Below, piece after piece: positions 47,855 through 58,257 of a DNA stretch of 64,000 nt. The stretch lies in NCBI GenBank assembly GCA_963659495.1, contig CAVKTH010000002.1, positions 10,712 through 74,711 on the forward strand, given 5' to 3'. The position numbers were made by a program, and so were the translations under genes. This stretch comes from Bacteroidaceae bacterium. GTDB lineage: Bacteria > Pseudomonadota > Alphaproteobacteria > RF32 > CAG-239. The notes below the pieces were generated by a model that did not search any database, was not told the DNA's origin, and saw only the letters and a list, made by a program, of their open reading frames with translations. Numbering within the stretch: the stretch's first letter is position 1; each line of letters starts with the position of its first letter.

Positions 47855-49963
47855 CTAGTTGACCTTTCCTAAGGCACGGGATAAAATATAATAAACTTTA
47901 CCGATATCCGAACCGGAAATTAAAGCAAGCAATGTACTGGCGCGGTTATTGCTGCGGGCGGCTTCTATCAGACTGTTGAAATCATCCAGATATTTATCTA
48001 CAACCACGCGGAAATCCGGCTTTTTCTCATAGTCTTCACGCACGGCGACAACCTCTTTTTTAGTCATATTCTTTGAAAGGTAGCGCACAAAAACGCTATG
48101 GTCGCCCTCGTAATATTTTTTCCACAAAACTTCATCATCGCCGGTTTTGTTAAATATGCTGTTGATATCAATAGAAATTGTTTCCAGTTCACTTATGATA
48201 TCAGCAGAATTTTTCATAAACGAATCTATGCTGGCAACCTTAAATTTTTGATTAAACTCATCATATTGCTTTTGAGTTTTATCATAATTTTCGTTTAAAT
48301 CGTTCAGATGCTCGCCCATAACTTTGCTGAATGCCGACATTTTATTTTCATAAGCTGCTAAAGTTTTGCCCACGGTTCCGGCTGCGGCTGACATATCCTT
48401 ATTCAGCACGGCTATCTGCGAGCTAATCTGCTTCAGGCTGGCCAAAGACTTATTGACATACTCATCCTGCTCAATCAGCAAACCGGCATTTGTTTTGCTT
48501 TGGTTAGCAATGCTGTCGGCAGTTTCCGACAATTTGCCGATATTTCCGGAAACCAGACTGTTAACCTCGTTAAACTTATCTACCACGCCGCCGGCCTTGC
48601 TGCTGAAGTTATTGACGCTCGCCAGCAAACCGTCTTCCATTTCTTTCAGAGTTTGGGCTATAGAAGAAAATACTTTGCCCAATTCGCCGTTTTTATCCTG
48701 AGTATTTTTATAAAATTCCTGCAGGCGGGAAACCTCTTCGCCCAGATTTCCAACGGTTAAATGGATGTTGTTAACCATTCGGCTGCCCTCGGTTTCTAAA
48801 AGCTGGCGCTTATCAGAAATATCTGAGCCTAAACGCCCGAAAATCTCTTCAGTCTGCTGCGAAGCTTCTTTAATGCTCTTCATCTGCGCCTGAATATTCT
48901 GTTCCAAGGTGTTGGAGCGTTCAATCATGGCTTCTACTTCCAAACTGATAAGCTTGCCGTATTCGCCGAGTTTTTTATCCAAATAACCGGAATTTTTATC
49001 CAAAATCGCCGATTGCTGCTCAACTACGGTTTTCTGCTCGCTAATGCTGTTTTCTATATGCGAAATGCCCGAATCCAAGCGATGAAACAGCTCTTCGCAG
49101 TTTTCCGCCGTACGCAGAAAAGTTTTTTCCAGATTTTCGCCTTTTTCCGCCCAAGATTCAATAATCTTGCCAATCGCCAGCTGGCTGGATTCTGAATAAT
49201 TATTAAGCTGAGCCTGAGCTTTTTCTATGTTTTCATTATTTACGTTCACGACTTCCTTAATATTTTCCGCCGCGGTAACCATTTCATTTACCATCGGTTT
49301 CATAATTTGCGACAGCTGCTCGCTGTCCTCGCGAATCTGCATGGTGTTTACGCGGAAGTCAGCAGTTGTAGAAGCGGCTTTTTCGGCCACAAACGTAAAA
49401 TTTTCCACCAATTTTTTTATTTCTGAGTTTAATTCCTGCATAGTTTGAGAAGAGTAGGTGTCAAGCTCTCCGGCCAGCGATTTCATCTCGGCAATGCGGT
49501 CGCTTAAATCACGCTTAATCACATCGGCCTGAGCGCAGACATCGCGGGTTGTCTCTTTTAATTCGGAAACCTGAGCTTTTATGGCATCGGCAATCATTTT
49601 TGTTGCGGCGTTGCCGTTAGAATCCGGAAAAATTACCCGATTCAGCGAATCGCGCAGCATCTGCGTCTCATTACGGAAACTATTGCCGCGGTCAATATAA
49701 GCCATAACCACCCAAACAATCGCTAAAGGCAATGAAATTCCGGCAATAAACCCGCTGAATTCATTCGGCATCATAGAAAAAAGATTATCCCAGCCGAAAA
49801 ATTTGGTAATATATATAGCCACAATACCAAACCACATCACGCTAAAAACAATCATAAAACGATGCAAGCCGTTAGAAAACCAGCTTTCAGGCTGTTCCGG
49901 CAAATCAAAATTTTCAGTTTTATCCGATTTTTTTATTTTTTTTTCAGGATTTTTAGCGCTCAT
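47855..49963 (-). CDS. Hypothetical membrane-anchored long coiled-coil protein (TipN-like architecture)
   Basis: Two N-terminal TM helices followed by about 550 aa of heptad-rich coiled coil. No catalytic motif. Confidence 0.45.
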   Translation of the reverse strand: MSAKNPEKKIKKSDKTENFDLPEQPESWFSNGLHRFMIVFSVMWFGIVAIYITKFFGWDNLFSMMPNEFSGFIAGISLPLAIVWVVMAYIDRGNSFRNETQMLRDSLNRVIFPDSNGNAATKMIADAIKAQVSELKETTRDVCAQADVIKRDLSDRIAEMKSLAGELDTYSSQTMQELNSEIKKLVENFTFVAEKAASTTADFRVNTMQIREDSEQLSQIMKPMVNEMVTAAENIKEVVNVNNENIEKAQAQLNNYSESSQLAIGKIIESWAEKGENLEKTFLRTAENCEELFHRLDSGISHIENSISEQKTVVEQQSAILDKNSGYLDKKLGEYGKLISLEVEAMIERSNTLEQNIQAQMKSIKEASQQTEEIFGRLGSDISDKRQLLETEGSRMVNNIHLTVGNLGEEVSRLQEFYKNTQDKNGELGKVFSSIAQTLKEMEDGLLASVNNFSSKAGGVVDKFNEVNSLVSGNIGKLSETADSIANQSKTNAGLLIEQDEYVNKSLASLKQISSQIAVLNKDMSAAAGTVGKTLAAYENKMSAFSKVMGEHLNDLNENYDKTQKQYDEFNQKFKVASIDSFMKNSADIISELETISIDINSIFNKTGDDEVLWKKYYEGDHSVFVRYLSKNMTKKEVVAVREDYEKKPDFRVVVDKYLDDFNSLIEAARSNNRASTLLALISGSDIGKVYYILSRALGKVN

Positions 49964-50141
49964 TTTTTCCTCTAACTACTTATTTTTACAATAATCACAG
50001 CTTAATATAACAAGCAAATAGTAAAAATTTTGCATAAATTTTGCACTTTTATAAAAAAATACATTGATTTTTAAGATCATATCTGTATGTTGTTATATGA
50101 AATTTGTTGCTGATATTGTCGGTTAATGAATTTTTACCGTT

Positions 50142-50216
50142 GCCATTATAGCTCAGTGGTAGAGCACGTCATTGGTAATGACGGGGTCGCAAGTCCGATT
50201 CTTGCTAATGGCACCA
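50142..50216 (+). tRNA. tRNA-Thr (anticodon GGU)
   Basis: Cloverleaf folded by hand. Acceptor gccatta/taatggc, D-stem gctc/gagc, anticodon stem cgtca/tgacg with loop ttGGTaa, T-stem gcaag/cttgc, discriminator A, and encoded CCA. The T-loop reads tccgatt, giving an unusual C at position 55. Confidence 0.8.
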
Positions 50217-50225
50217 TTTCCTAAA

Positions 50226-50258
50226 ATCGCCTTTTTAGAGGCGATTTTTTTTGTTTTA
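50226..50258 (+). terminator. Intrinsic terminator after tRNA-Thr
   Basis: A 7-bp stem atcgcct / aggcgat is followed by T8. Confidence 0.6.
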
Positions 50259-50294
50259 ATTACGCAAGAAGAGGACTTGCAGAAGATTCCTTTC

Positions 50295-50388
50295 GTAAAC
50301 AAAAGTGTATAAAATTGCTTATTATTCCCAAAGAAAAGTGTATATTTTGCTTGTAAATTCGTAAGGAAAAGTGTTATTTGAAATCCTC
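50295..50388. repeat. Three tandem ~30-bp imperfect direct repeats (aaaagtgtataWWWtgcttRt)
   Basis: Units cgtaaacaaaagtgtataaaattgcttat, caaagaaaagtgtatattttgcttgt and cgtaaggaaaagtgttatttgaaatcc. They lie between the tRNA terminator and the 3' end of pilin-like copy 2. Confidence 0.45.
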
Positions 50389-50422
50389 TAAATCAATATA
50401 TTACTAATTCAGAAGCCATTTT

Positions 50423-51175
50423 TCAAAATGCTAAAATAAGTCCGCAGACTTTACCGGCTTCTTTTGTGCATGAATTGCAAGCGCTGTTGATTTCGCTTAA
50501 AGACAAATCTCTTATACATTTTGAATTTGCCGAACAATAAGCCTCGCCCCAATAATAATAGCTGCTGTCCGTTGTAAACCACGCTACATACAGCACAGAG
50601 GCTAAAGGCTGCACGATATCCGACATTATCCGCTTGCATAACTTTGGAGAAAAGGCGGTTGAGGCTGATTTATTATCAACAACCTGAAAACTGCCTAAAT
50701 ACATATCTATAATTACACGCTCTCCAGAAGAAAAAACACGAATATAATTGCCGTTTGGGTCATGAAAATCGGAGCTGCTGTCTCTTACCCAAGTTTTCGG
50801 CACTAAATTTGCCGCCTCCACAATATCTGTCAGCCCATACTGCGCACCAGCTGTCCCATTTTTTGAAACGTTTTTTAAATCTGTAAGATGTTCTAACAAT
50901 CCATAAATTAAATAGCTGTATTCGCTAACAGCTTTGATTAGTTTGAATTGTTCCATAGCCTTGGAATATCCGGCAATTCCGCCGACACTCAGCACACCGA
51001 TAATCGCCAGCACGCCGAGCATTTCTATCATTGACCGACCAAAGGAATTTGCGTCTCTGCCGCCAGTCATTCTAGGTCGTGACGCACAGTCTGTACCTAG
51101 GATCTTGTCGCCCAAGGGTGACGCGACAGCGCAGAGCGGCGGGTATTCTAAAGCATTTTCAAAATTTTTATACAT
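50423..51175 (-). CDS. Prepilin-like protein, copy 2 (paralogue of 3313-4452)
   Basis: The MYKNFEN start lies at the same offset from the conserved leader as in copy 1. It contains the repeat-derived KILGTDCASRPRMTGGRDA segment and the G-RSMIEMLGVLAIIGVLSVGGIAGYSKAM prepilin motif. The C-terminus is Cys-containing and variable. The six-frame ORF start at 51346 is rejected because that extension lies inside the conserved non-coding leader. Confidence 0.6.
   Translation of the reverse strand: MYKNFENALEYPPLCAVASPLGDKILGTDCASRPRMTGGRDANSFGRSMIEMLGVLAIIGVLSVGGIAGYSKAMEQFKLIKAVSEYSYLIYGLLEHLTDLKNVSKNGTAGAQYGLTDIVEAANLVPKTWVRDSSSDFHDPNGNYIRVFSSGERVIIDMYLGSFQVVDNKSASTAFSPKLCKRIMSDIVQPLASVLYVAWFTTDSSYYYWGEAYCSANSKCIRDLSLSEINSACNSCTKEAGKVCGLILAF
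51051..51112. repeat. Palindromic repeat element (ctagg...cctag) related to the terminal inverted repeats at 3371/3624, in-frame in pilin-like copy 2
   Basis: gcgtctctgccgccagtcattctagg-[21 nt]-cctaggatcttgtcgcc aligns to 3371-3414 with a longer loop. Confidence 0.55.
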
Positions 51176-51393
51176 ATTTCTAACTCCGTTTAATTTGTTA
51201 CATAAAACAAAACCCGCTGTAAATGCGGGCGGATGTTCAGAAACCGTAAATCGTAATCGTAAAACGGCTCGGCCTATTCGGCGTGTAGCCTTATTTAACC
51301 GACATCCGTCCAAAAACAGAAGTCGGCATAAACAGTTTAAAGTCACTTATGCAAGTGACTGATTACGATTAAAAGGGTTTCTGACGCCCTAGG
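51176..51393 (-). ncRNA. Conserved structured 5' leader (candidate riboswitch or attenuator RNA) of pilin-like gene copy 2
   Basis: Homologue of 3097-3312, with hairpin agtcact-tgcata-agtgact (51342-51361) and terminator cccgc-atttacag-gcggg + UUUUGUUUU (51205-51235). Confidence 0.6.
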
Positions 51394-51448
51394 CATATCT
51401 CTATACCTATAAATTTTATAGCTTATGCCAAAAGGAAAGTAAAGAACT

Positions 51449-53143
51449 TTATTCGGTCAAAAAATTGCCTCTGCTATTGCCTTGCGATAAATAAATTTTA
51501 CCGTCTAAATAAACTACAGACAATTCTTTTTCCCGAATATTAGGGGTTTGAGTATCTGAATGTTCTTTTTCATAGTTTTTCAAAAATTCTGCAAACTCCT
51601 CAACTTGTTCCGAGGTTAAGTTTTCATTTTTCGGCTCAGGAGATGTTCCATAAGGCACAGAACCGCGTAAATAATCATAGACATCATTGCCTTGCGAATC
51701 AGTCAATTTCAAATCGGCGCCATTTTCAACTAAATACTTAGCAATATCTAAATGACCTTCTTGCACCGCATACATCAAAGCTGTTCTTTCTCCATACTGT
51801 ATGCAAATATCATCATTGCAATAATAACCGTTGTCTTTATTGCCGGCATTAGTCTGAGCATCTATATCTGCACCGGCATCTAACAATATTTTTACGCTGT
51901 CTAAAAAGCCGTATTGAGCTGCATACATCAACGCGGTTTTGCCTATAGAATTTACAGCATTTACATCTGTATTTATTCCTTTACACTTATTTTCGGAACA
52001 CTCCTGTAGCAATAAAGCCAAAACATCAGGACGATGAATGCTTATCATTAAAATTTCATCGGCCTCAACCGGTATCTGCGGCTCTTTAAGAGTTTCTCCG
52101 CCCTGAATTTGCTTTACAATCAAATCTTTAATTTCATCTATCGGCGCACCAGAGAGAATTTTATAGCGCAGAGTGCTTTTATCTACCGGTTCTCCGCGGG
52201 TTGCCGGCGGCATCATTACTAAATGAGCATATTGCTCTGCCATTTTTTCCGAAACCTTAAACGTTTTAACATAATGCTGAGCCAGCTGCTTTACCGCTTC
52301 TTTAAAACCTATGCCGTAATTTAGAGTTTCCGTAACTTTTTTATAATTCGGATATGAGGCCATCGCCCATTCTTCCAGCGGCATAACTTTCAGATATTTT
52401 TCATTGCCTTTGATATTCCAATCCGGATTATAGCGGTAAATGTTATCATAGTATTTTTCCTTTGCCTGATAAACAAAACGGCTGGAGCCGCCACTCTCAA
52501 AATAAAAATTGCTATACAAGTTATAGTAAAATTTGTTTACTTCTTTAGGAAAATCATATTCTTCATATTGCGAACAGTTAGAAATATCTATTGCTTCAGC
52601 TCCGTGACCGCCGCCGGCATAATCCAAAACAGCCGTCATTTTAAGCTTTCGCGCTGTAGGGCAGGGAACAATAATCTGCCATGGCGTATAATTTATATAA
52701 TTACTTTCATTATCCCAAATATTAAAAAATTTAGAAAAATGCAAAGCCCCGATTTCTATCAAGCATTTTAACTGCTCGTAGCATTTCAGCGGATTTTCTC
52801 CCACTAATTCTAAATAGTCCTCTTGGTACATTCTATAAAAAGGCTCATTCGGCACAATTTTTTCGTATTGAGCAACCAATTTTTCATGCAATCTTTGGGC
52901 AATTTGCGAAAACTCTTTAGTCTTTATCTGTTGAGGATGATAGATACTCTGCAATATTAAATATTCAATCGCAGCGGAATCATTTGTATCAATCAATTTT
53001 TTGAGCTGTTTAATAGCTTGATTCGGATTATTTTTAATGGCCTCGGTTATCTTTTCGTATTCATTATAATCTTTATTTGTTTCTACAGCAAACGCTGAAA
53101 AACTAAATAAGCTCATTAACAGCAAAATTAAAAACTTTTTCAT
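51449..53143 (-). CDS. Secreted ankyrin-repeat protein
   Basis: Signal peptide MKKFLILLLMSLFSFSAFA. At least three C-terminal ankyrin repeats (GKTALMYAAQYGFLDSVKILLDAGADID...; ERTALMYAVQEGHLDIAKYLVENGADLK). Confidence 0.8.
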   Translation of the reverse strand: MKKFLILLLMSLFSFSAFAVETNKDYNEYEKITEAIKNNPNQAIKQLKKLIDTNDSAAIEYLILQSIYHPQQIKTKEFSQIAQRLHEKLVAQYEKIVPNEPFYRMYQEDYLELVGENPLKCYEQLKCLIEIGALHFSKFFNIWDNESNYINYTPWQIIVPCPTARKLKMTAVLDYAGGGHGAEAIDISNCSQYEEYDFPKEVNKFYYNLYSNFYFESGGSSRFVYQAKEKYYDNIYRYNPDWNIKGNEKYLKVMPLEEWAMASYPNYKKVTETLNYGIGFKEAVKQLAQHYVKTFKVSEKMAEQYAHLVMMPPATRGEPVDKSTLRYKILSGAPIDEIKDLIVKQIQGGETLKEPQIPVEADEILMISIHRPDVLALLLQECSENKCKGINTDVNAVNSIGKTALMYAAQYGFLDSVKILLDAGADIDAQTNAGNKDNGYYCNDDICIQYGERTALMYAVQEGHLDIAKYLVENGADLKLTDSQGNDVYDYLRGSVPYGTSPEPKNENLTSEQVEEFAEFLKNYEKEHSDTQTPNIREKELSVVYLDGKIYLSQGNSRGNFLTE

Positions 53144-54296
53144 TTTTACACCTAAATAACAGATTAACTTCTCTTATATTAACTAGAAAAAGTTAAAAAA
53201 TGCACAAAAAAACATAAATTGAACTTATTATTTTGTTTATGGCGGAATTATTGCAATATCATTAAAAAAGCGATAACCGCAGGGTTCAGTCAAGAACGCT
53301 GCGGTTATTTTTCGTTTATAAATTTAAAATTGTTAAAAACTTTGCTGATTAATTATGGGAGCCTAAGTCTCTGCGTCAGTTAATAAAATCCAGTAACCAG
53401 AAAGTAATCTGTATTGATTTTATTATAGTACAAGTATCAAAGCTCATGATCGTCATGTACTCATTCTGCATTGATATTCTTTGTAATTGTACAAGCTATC
53501 AAACTGTTCCTGACCGCTTTGCACATTCGTTTGCGCAGCATAAATCAAAATTAACTTTTTGAATTCTGCTCAAAATCCGGATTATTTAATGTAATTATAA
53601 GCTCTAAAGCGCATTATTACTAAATACTAATCAACGACCGGATTCGCATAACCGACAGACTTATCATCAGCAACGTCCCTCAACACATAGGCGCACGGAT
53701 AAGGTTCGTATTAGGACGGTTCAACATACCTAAAACTCTACCGAAACCAAAAGACTTCTTTACAATTCTCCTAGCTGAACTGTCTTTCATCTTCTGAGCT
53801 TCTACCTTATCAACAACTGTGTCACCTTTTGATTCTAATCCTTTTATTAAAAGGATTGCGAGAATCGCATAAAATAGAAATACCAAAAGATTAACTATAA
53901 TTATTGAATTTAACGCTAAAAGATATAATACCGGCTGCAGATATTGTCAATAAAAAAAATAACCGCAAAGTTCCCTAAAAAAGAACAATGCGGTTATAGT
54001 TTTGGCAAAGATTATTTCCAGAATAATCTCAAGTTGGCGAACGAATATGAGGGAGATTAATACTCTCTAAGTCATTAAAACTAACAGCGGCTCCCCTTAT
54101 TAAGCGGCTGAAAATTTCAATAACCCGATTACTTATATTCGTGGCAACTATAAACTTTTCAAAATAAATCAGGGACAAGCAAATTACTATAAGTCCGAGA
54201 ATAAATGTAAAAAATAGAATTATACCAGCCATAATTATTAAAATTTAGCCTTGTATAACACTCAGATTTGCCGTTGTCAAGCCTTTTTGTCAAAAT

Positions 54297-55103
54297 TTAT
54301 TTATCTGCGGAGCAGCAGTCTTCCACATCGCTGATATCGGCCATTGCGTTAAAATTTCGGATATATTCTTCTTTGGTTAAGCAATTTTCCTTAGCTTTTT
54401 TCTCGTCTTTATAAACTTCGCGCCAATCGGCTTCCGGCATATCCGACATTGTGTCTTTATTGCTTTCGGCCACATTTTTAGAAAAAACAACCATATATTC
54501 GGCGTATTCATCTGCCGTTACGCAGCCGTCTTTGTCTTTATCCATTTGAAAATAGTTTTCTTCGGCGATGCCCTGAGATATGCTGCCGATTATATTATCC
54601 GACATTTCTTCGGCTGATGTGTCTTGAAATTTTTCTAAGGCAGCTTTAGCCTTATCCATTTTTTCTTGGAAATCTTTCATTATTTCTTCGGGAGATTTAT
54701 TTGCCAGTTCCTGCGCCATTTTCTGCGCTTGTTCGGCACGCTCTTTGGCCTCATATTCGGTTTCTTTTTGCAAAACCTCAAAATATTCTTCTTTGCTGAG
54801 GCGGGAATCGCCGTTTCTATCGGCTTGCTTAAAATATTCCTGCATGCGGGATTTTTTAGCCGCTTTCTGCTCGTCGTTCAGATTAAAATCAATATCAATG
54901 CTTTTAAGCAAATAGCCGTATTCATTTTCAGAAATAAAACCGTCGCTGTTTACGTCATTAAGCTCAAAACCGCTGCTCAGCATACCTTGAATCTCCGGAT
55001 CCGACATTTTTTCCTGCACGGTTTTCTGCCAGTCAAAATCCTGCGTTTCCTCGGCTTGAGCTGAAAAAACAATCAAAAAGCTGAAAAGAACCAATTTATA
55101 CAT
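54297..55103 (-). CDS. Secreted EF-hand calcium-binding protein
   Basis: Signal peptide MYKLVLFSFLIVFSAQA. Three canonical EF-hand loops (DVNSDGFISENE, DRNGDSRLSKEE, DKDKDGCVTADE). Confidence 0.7.
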   Translation of the reverse strand: MYKLVLFSFLIVFSAQAEETQDFDWQKTVQEKMSDPEIQGMLSSGFELNDVNSDGFISENEYGYLLKSIDIDFNLNDEQKAAKKSRMQEYFKQADRNGDSRLSKEEYFEVLQKETEYEAKERAEQAQKMAQELANKSPEEIMKDFQEKMDKAKAALEKFQDTSAEEMSDNIIGSISQGIAEENYFQMDKDKDGCVTADEYAEYMVVFSKNVAESNKDTMSDMPEADWREVYKDEKKAKENCLTKEEYIRNFNAMADISDVEDCCSADK

Positions 55104-55272
55104 AATAAAATCTCCTAAAATTATTCGGCTTGTTTATAACATGGTTTCAGCATTTATACAACTAAAATTAAAAATTTCAAAAAATCAACAGGTTTTTGTT
55201 GACTTATTGACAAAAAACATATATAATCACGTTACATTTAAAATTATTTTGAACTCGTTAATTTTTATTTTT

Positions 55273-55683
55273 ATGAAGAATTTTTATTTTTTAATCGTGT
55301 TCATTTTGGGAGCTGTTTTTGGTATCGGCTGTGTAGTTTTGGTACAAAAATACATCCTGCAGAATGAAGCTGAGATGGTGGCTAAAGAAGTTGTTTTAAA
55401 AGAGCAGCCTCAAACCTCATCCGCAAATACCGTAAAAAGCATTCAGCTGGTTAAGGATGATGAAGTCAGCAAAACTCCGGTAATTGATAAACCGGATGAG
55501 CCGAAAAAAGAAGAAAAAGGACATACTTTTTTTGCTATGTTTGCATCGCTTACGGTTTTGTGCCTTATAATTGCGGTTGCCTACGGCGTTAATGCCAACC
55601 ATTCTGACCAAACGAAATTAGCGAGCATCTTTTTTGGGATTGCCGCGCTTGCTTGTGCAGTAGTAGCATTTTTCTGTTACTGA
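55273..55683 (+). CDS. Hypothetical membrane protein
   Basis: N-terminal TM helix MKNFYFLIVFILGAVFGIG and C-terminal TM helices, with an Lys/Glu/Pro-rich middle. A Met inside the longer six-frame ORF was taken as the start. Confidence 0.4.
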   Translation: MKNFYFLIVFILGAVFGIGCVVLVQKYILQNEAEMVAKEVVLKEQPQTSSANTVKSIQLVKDDEVSKTPVIDKPDEPKKEEKGHTFFAMFASLTVLCLIIAVAYGVNANHSDQTKLASIFFGIAALACAVVAFFCY

Positions 55684-55691
55684 CATAATAA

Positions 55692-55727
55692 AAAAGACCG
55701 GTTTTATAAAAATCGGTCTTTTTTATT
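55692..55727. terminator. Bidirectional intrinsic terminator between convergent genes
   Basis: Stem aagaccg / cggtctt, flanked by A-runs and T-runs. Confidence 0.5.
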
Positions 55728-55737
55728 ATTCAACTCA

Positions 55738-56139
55738 TTAAAACTTTTGCTTTATACCGCTGTAAATCATGCAGCCCAGCCCCAAAACCAGCACAAAAGC
55801 CAAAACCGCCAGCAAGAAATAAACCGAAACATATAAAATTCCGGCCGCTAGCAAAATTGAAAAAGCAAACAAGCCGGTTTCCTGCAGCCATTTAAGACAT
55901 GAATTTCTTTCCGGAAGCAAAGCAACCGCCTCATTATCGGCGTGTCCGTTTACTCCGTGTCCGCATTTCAGGCAATAAAACGAATCCACCGGAATATTAG
56001 CTCCGCACTTATCGCAAACCAAATACAAGCCCTCTCCGGTATCTTTGGTGCGGTGCAGGCAATGCGGGCAAAACTGCCATTTCCAAAACTTAAGCGGAGT
56101 TACATCTTTTTGGCAATTAAAGCAAAATACTTTTTTCAT
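55738..56139 (-). CDS. Double zinc-ribbon membrane protein
   Basis: Two CxxC...CxxC ribbons (CFNCQ...CPHC; CDKC...CLKC), then two C-terminal TM helices. Confidence 0.5.
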   Translation of the reverse strand: MKKVFCFNCQKDVTPLKFWKWQFCPHCLHRTKDTGEGLYLVCDKCGANIPVDSFYCLKCGHGVNGHADNEAVALLPERNSCLKWLQETGLFAFSILLAAGILYVSVYFLLAVLAFVLVLGLGCMIYSGIKQKF

Positions 56140-56286
56140 TTTATATCCTTGTTTATGGTTCGTCCTAATATTTTATTTAGTTTTTTTGCCGATAAAAGGC
56201 AAGAGATTTTATAAACAATTTAAATTATTAACGAATCTGTAAATTTTGGCAGGCTATACTGATGTATAAATATGAAAGGAGCCGCC

Positions 56287-57837
56287 ATGAAAAAAGTTGT
56301 AATAATAGGAGCCGGTCCTGCCGGTTTGACCGCCGGTTTTGAACTTTTGAAAAAATCTAAAGACTATCAGGTAACTATTTTAGAAGAAAGCGATGCTATA
56401 GGCGGAATTTCACGCACCGTCCGCTATAACGGCAACAGAATGGATATCGGCGGCCACAGATTTTTTTCTAAAGACCAAGAGGTTACCGACTGGTGGAACA
56501 ATCTTATGCCTTTGCAGGGCGCTCCCTCGCTGGACGACATTAAAACCGGACGTGTTTTTGAGCTGAATCCACAGGGACCGAATCCGGAAAAAGAAGATAT
56601 TGTGATGCTGAAACGGCGCCGCATCTCCCGCATTTATTACAAACGCAAATTTTTTGACTATCCGGTAAAGATGAACCTTAACACCATTTTTAATATGGGG
56701 CTGTTTACCACCGCGCAAGCCGGATTCAGCTATATATTCGCGATATTGCGCAAACTGCCGGAAACTTCATTGGAAAACTTTTATATCAACCGCTTCGGGC
56801 GCAAGCTGTATTCCATGTTTTTTGAGGGCTACACCGAAAAGCTTTGGGGGCGTCATCCCCGCGATATTTCTGCCGACTGGGGCGCACAGAGGGTCAAAGG
56901 GCTGTCAATCGTGGCAATTTTGAAAGATATTTTCAGCAAAATTCTGTTTATAAAGCCCAAACAGGTTGAAACTTCGCTGATAGAAGAGTTCAGCTATCCA
57001 AAATTTGGACCGGGGCAGCTTTGGGAAACTGCAGCCGCTAAAATTGAAGAGATGGGCGGCAAAATTATTAAAAATGCCAGAGTTGCAAAATTCAAAACCA
57101 AGAAAAACGAATTTAAAGAAGTTGTTTATATTAAAGACGGCAAAGAATACACCATGCCGGCGGATATTGTTGTTTCATCTATGCCGCTTAAAGACCTTGC
57201 CGCCGGAATAGACAGCATTCCCAGCAAAATAGAGCGCATAGCCGGCGGTCTGCCTTACCGCGATTTTGTGACGGTCGGCTTGCTTTTGAAAAAGCTTAAC
57301 CTAAAAAATCAAACCAAAGTCAAAACTCTTAACAATATTGTGCCGGACTGCTGGATTTATGTGCAGGATACCGGTGTAAAACTGGGGCGCATCCAGATAT
57401 TTAACAACTGGTCGCCGTATTTAGTGGCAAAACCGGAGGAAACGGTTTGGATTGGACTGGAATATTTTTGCCGCGAAAATGATGAATATTGGAACATGAG
57501 TCCGGCAGAATGGCGGGCTTTGGGCGTAAGCGAACTTTTGAAAATGGGGGTTATTTCAGATGAAAAAGACGTGATGGACTCTCATTTAGAGCGCGTTAAA
57601 AAGGCCTATCCGGCTTATTTTGACACCTATAAGGATATTGACAAGCTGACAGAATACCTGAATTCGTTTGAGAATCTTTACTGCGTGGGGCGCAACGGCC
57701 AGCACCGCTATAACAATATGGATCACTCTATGGCGACTTCTTTTGCGGCGGTACGGCATATTTTGGGCGAAATCAGCGATAAAAAGGCTATTTGGCAGGT
57801 CAATACCGAAAAAAGCTATCATGAAACAAAAAAATAA
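56287..57837 (+). CDS. FAD/NAD(P)-dependent oxidoreductase (amine oxidase / phytoene desaturase / protoporphyrinogen oxidase superfamily)
   Basis: N-terminal dinucleotide-binding motif [20 protein letters not shown]...LEESDAIGG, and GGHRFF. About 515 aa. Confidence 0.7.
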   Translation: MKKVVIIGAGPAGLTAGFELLKKSKDYQVTILEESDAIGGISRTVRYNGNRMDIGGHRFFSKDQEVTDWWNNLMPLQGAPSLDDIKTGRVFELNPQGPNPEKEDIVMLKRRRISRIYYKRKFFDYPVKMNLNTIFNMGLFTTAQAGFSYIFAILRKLPETSLENFYINRFGRKLYSMFFEGYTEKLWGRHPRDISADWGAQRVKGLSIVAILKDIFSKILFIKPKQVETSLIEEFSYPKFGPGQLWETAAAKIEEMGGKIIKNARVAKFKTKKNEFKEVVYIKDGKEYTMPADIVVSSMPLKDLAAGIDSIPSKIERIAGGLPYRDFVTVGLLLKKLNLKNQTKVKTLNNIVPDCWIYVQDTGVKLGRIQIFNNWSPYLVAKPEETVWIGLEYFCRENDEYWNMSPAEWRALGVSELLKMGVISDEKDVMDSHLERVKKAYPAYFDTYKDIDKLTEYLNSFENLYCVGRNGQHRYNNMDHSMATSFAAVRHILGEISDKKAIWQVNTEKSYHETKK

Positions 57838-57940
57838 ACTAGCCTAACGGTTATCTTTGATTTGCCGAAATCAGTTTTATCTCTTTTGGCGTAACAGCGA
57901 AATGTTATGTTTTTTATAAACAAATTCAAAGGAGATTAAA

Positions 57941-58084
57941 ATGAAAAAAGAATCTAAATCTTATGACAGCAAAAAACCGTCTCAAAAAGCTCAGCCTACT
58001 GTTTCTAAAGGCGGCTGTGGCTGCGGCTGCAGCAATTCCGCTTCAGAAATGGAAGAAATTGATGAAATTTCAATTAGCAAATAG
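57941..58084 (+). CDS. 47-aa Lys-rich peptide with a GGCGCGCSNS core and acidic tail (candidate RiPP precursor or metal-binding peptide)
   Basis: Strong RBS: GGAG 7 nt before the ATG. Translates MKKESKSYDSKKPSQKAQPTVSKGGCGCGCSNSASEMEEIDEISISK. Followed by a hairpin plus T-run at 58143-58172. Too short to appear in the six-frame ORF track. Confidence 0.45.
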   Translation: MKKESKSYDSKKPSQKAQPTVSKGGCGCGCSNSASEMEEIDEISISK

Positions 58085-58257
58085 GTTGTTTATATGAAAA
58101 ATTTTAACGACTGAAAAAACTGATAACAACTAAAATACAAGACTTTGTTTCACATGAAACAGGGTCTTTTTTTATTTTATGCCGCCTTAAACTTAATCAA
58201 AATTTAAATTCTTTTATTTATGCTAAAGTCAGATTTTTATCTTTAATGAGGGTTGAC

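Noticed and set aside
50423-51346. Six-frame ORF start at 51346 for the second pilin-like gene (307 aa)
   Set aside because: The 57-codon N-terminal extension lies inside the conserved non-coding leader shared with copy 1, including its terminator hairpin. The conserved MYKNFEN start at 51175 aligns with copy 1's MYNNFEN start. The gene is therefore trimmed to 50423-51175.
53144-54296. Small ORFs 53680-53886 and 54029-54232 in the 1.15-kb AT-rich spacer
   Set aside because: Each encodes a single hydrophobic helix in a region with no RBS and a degenerate composition. More likely gene remnants than real genes.
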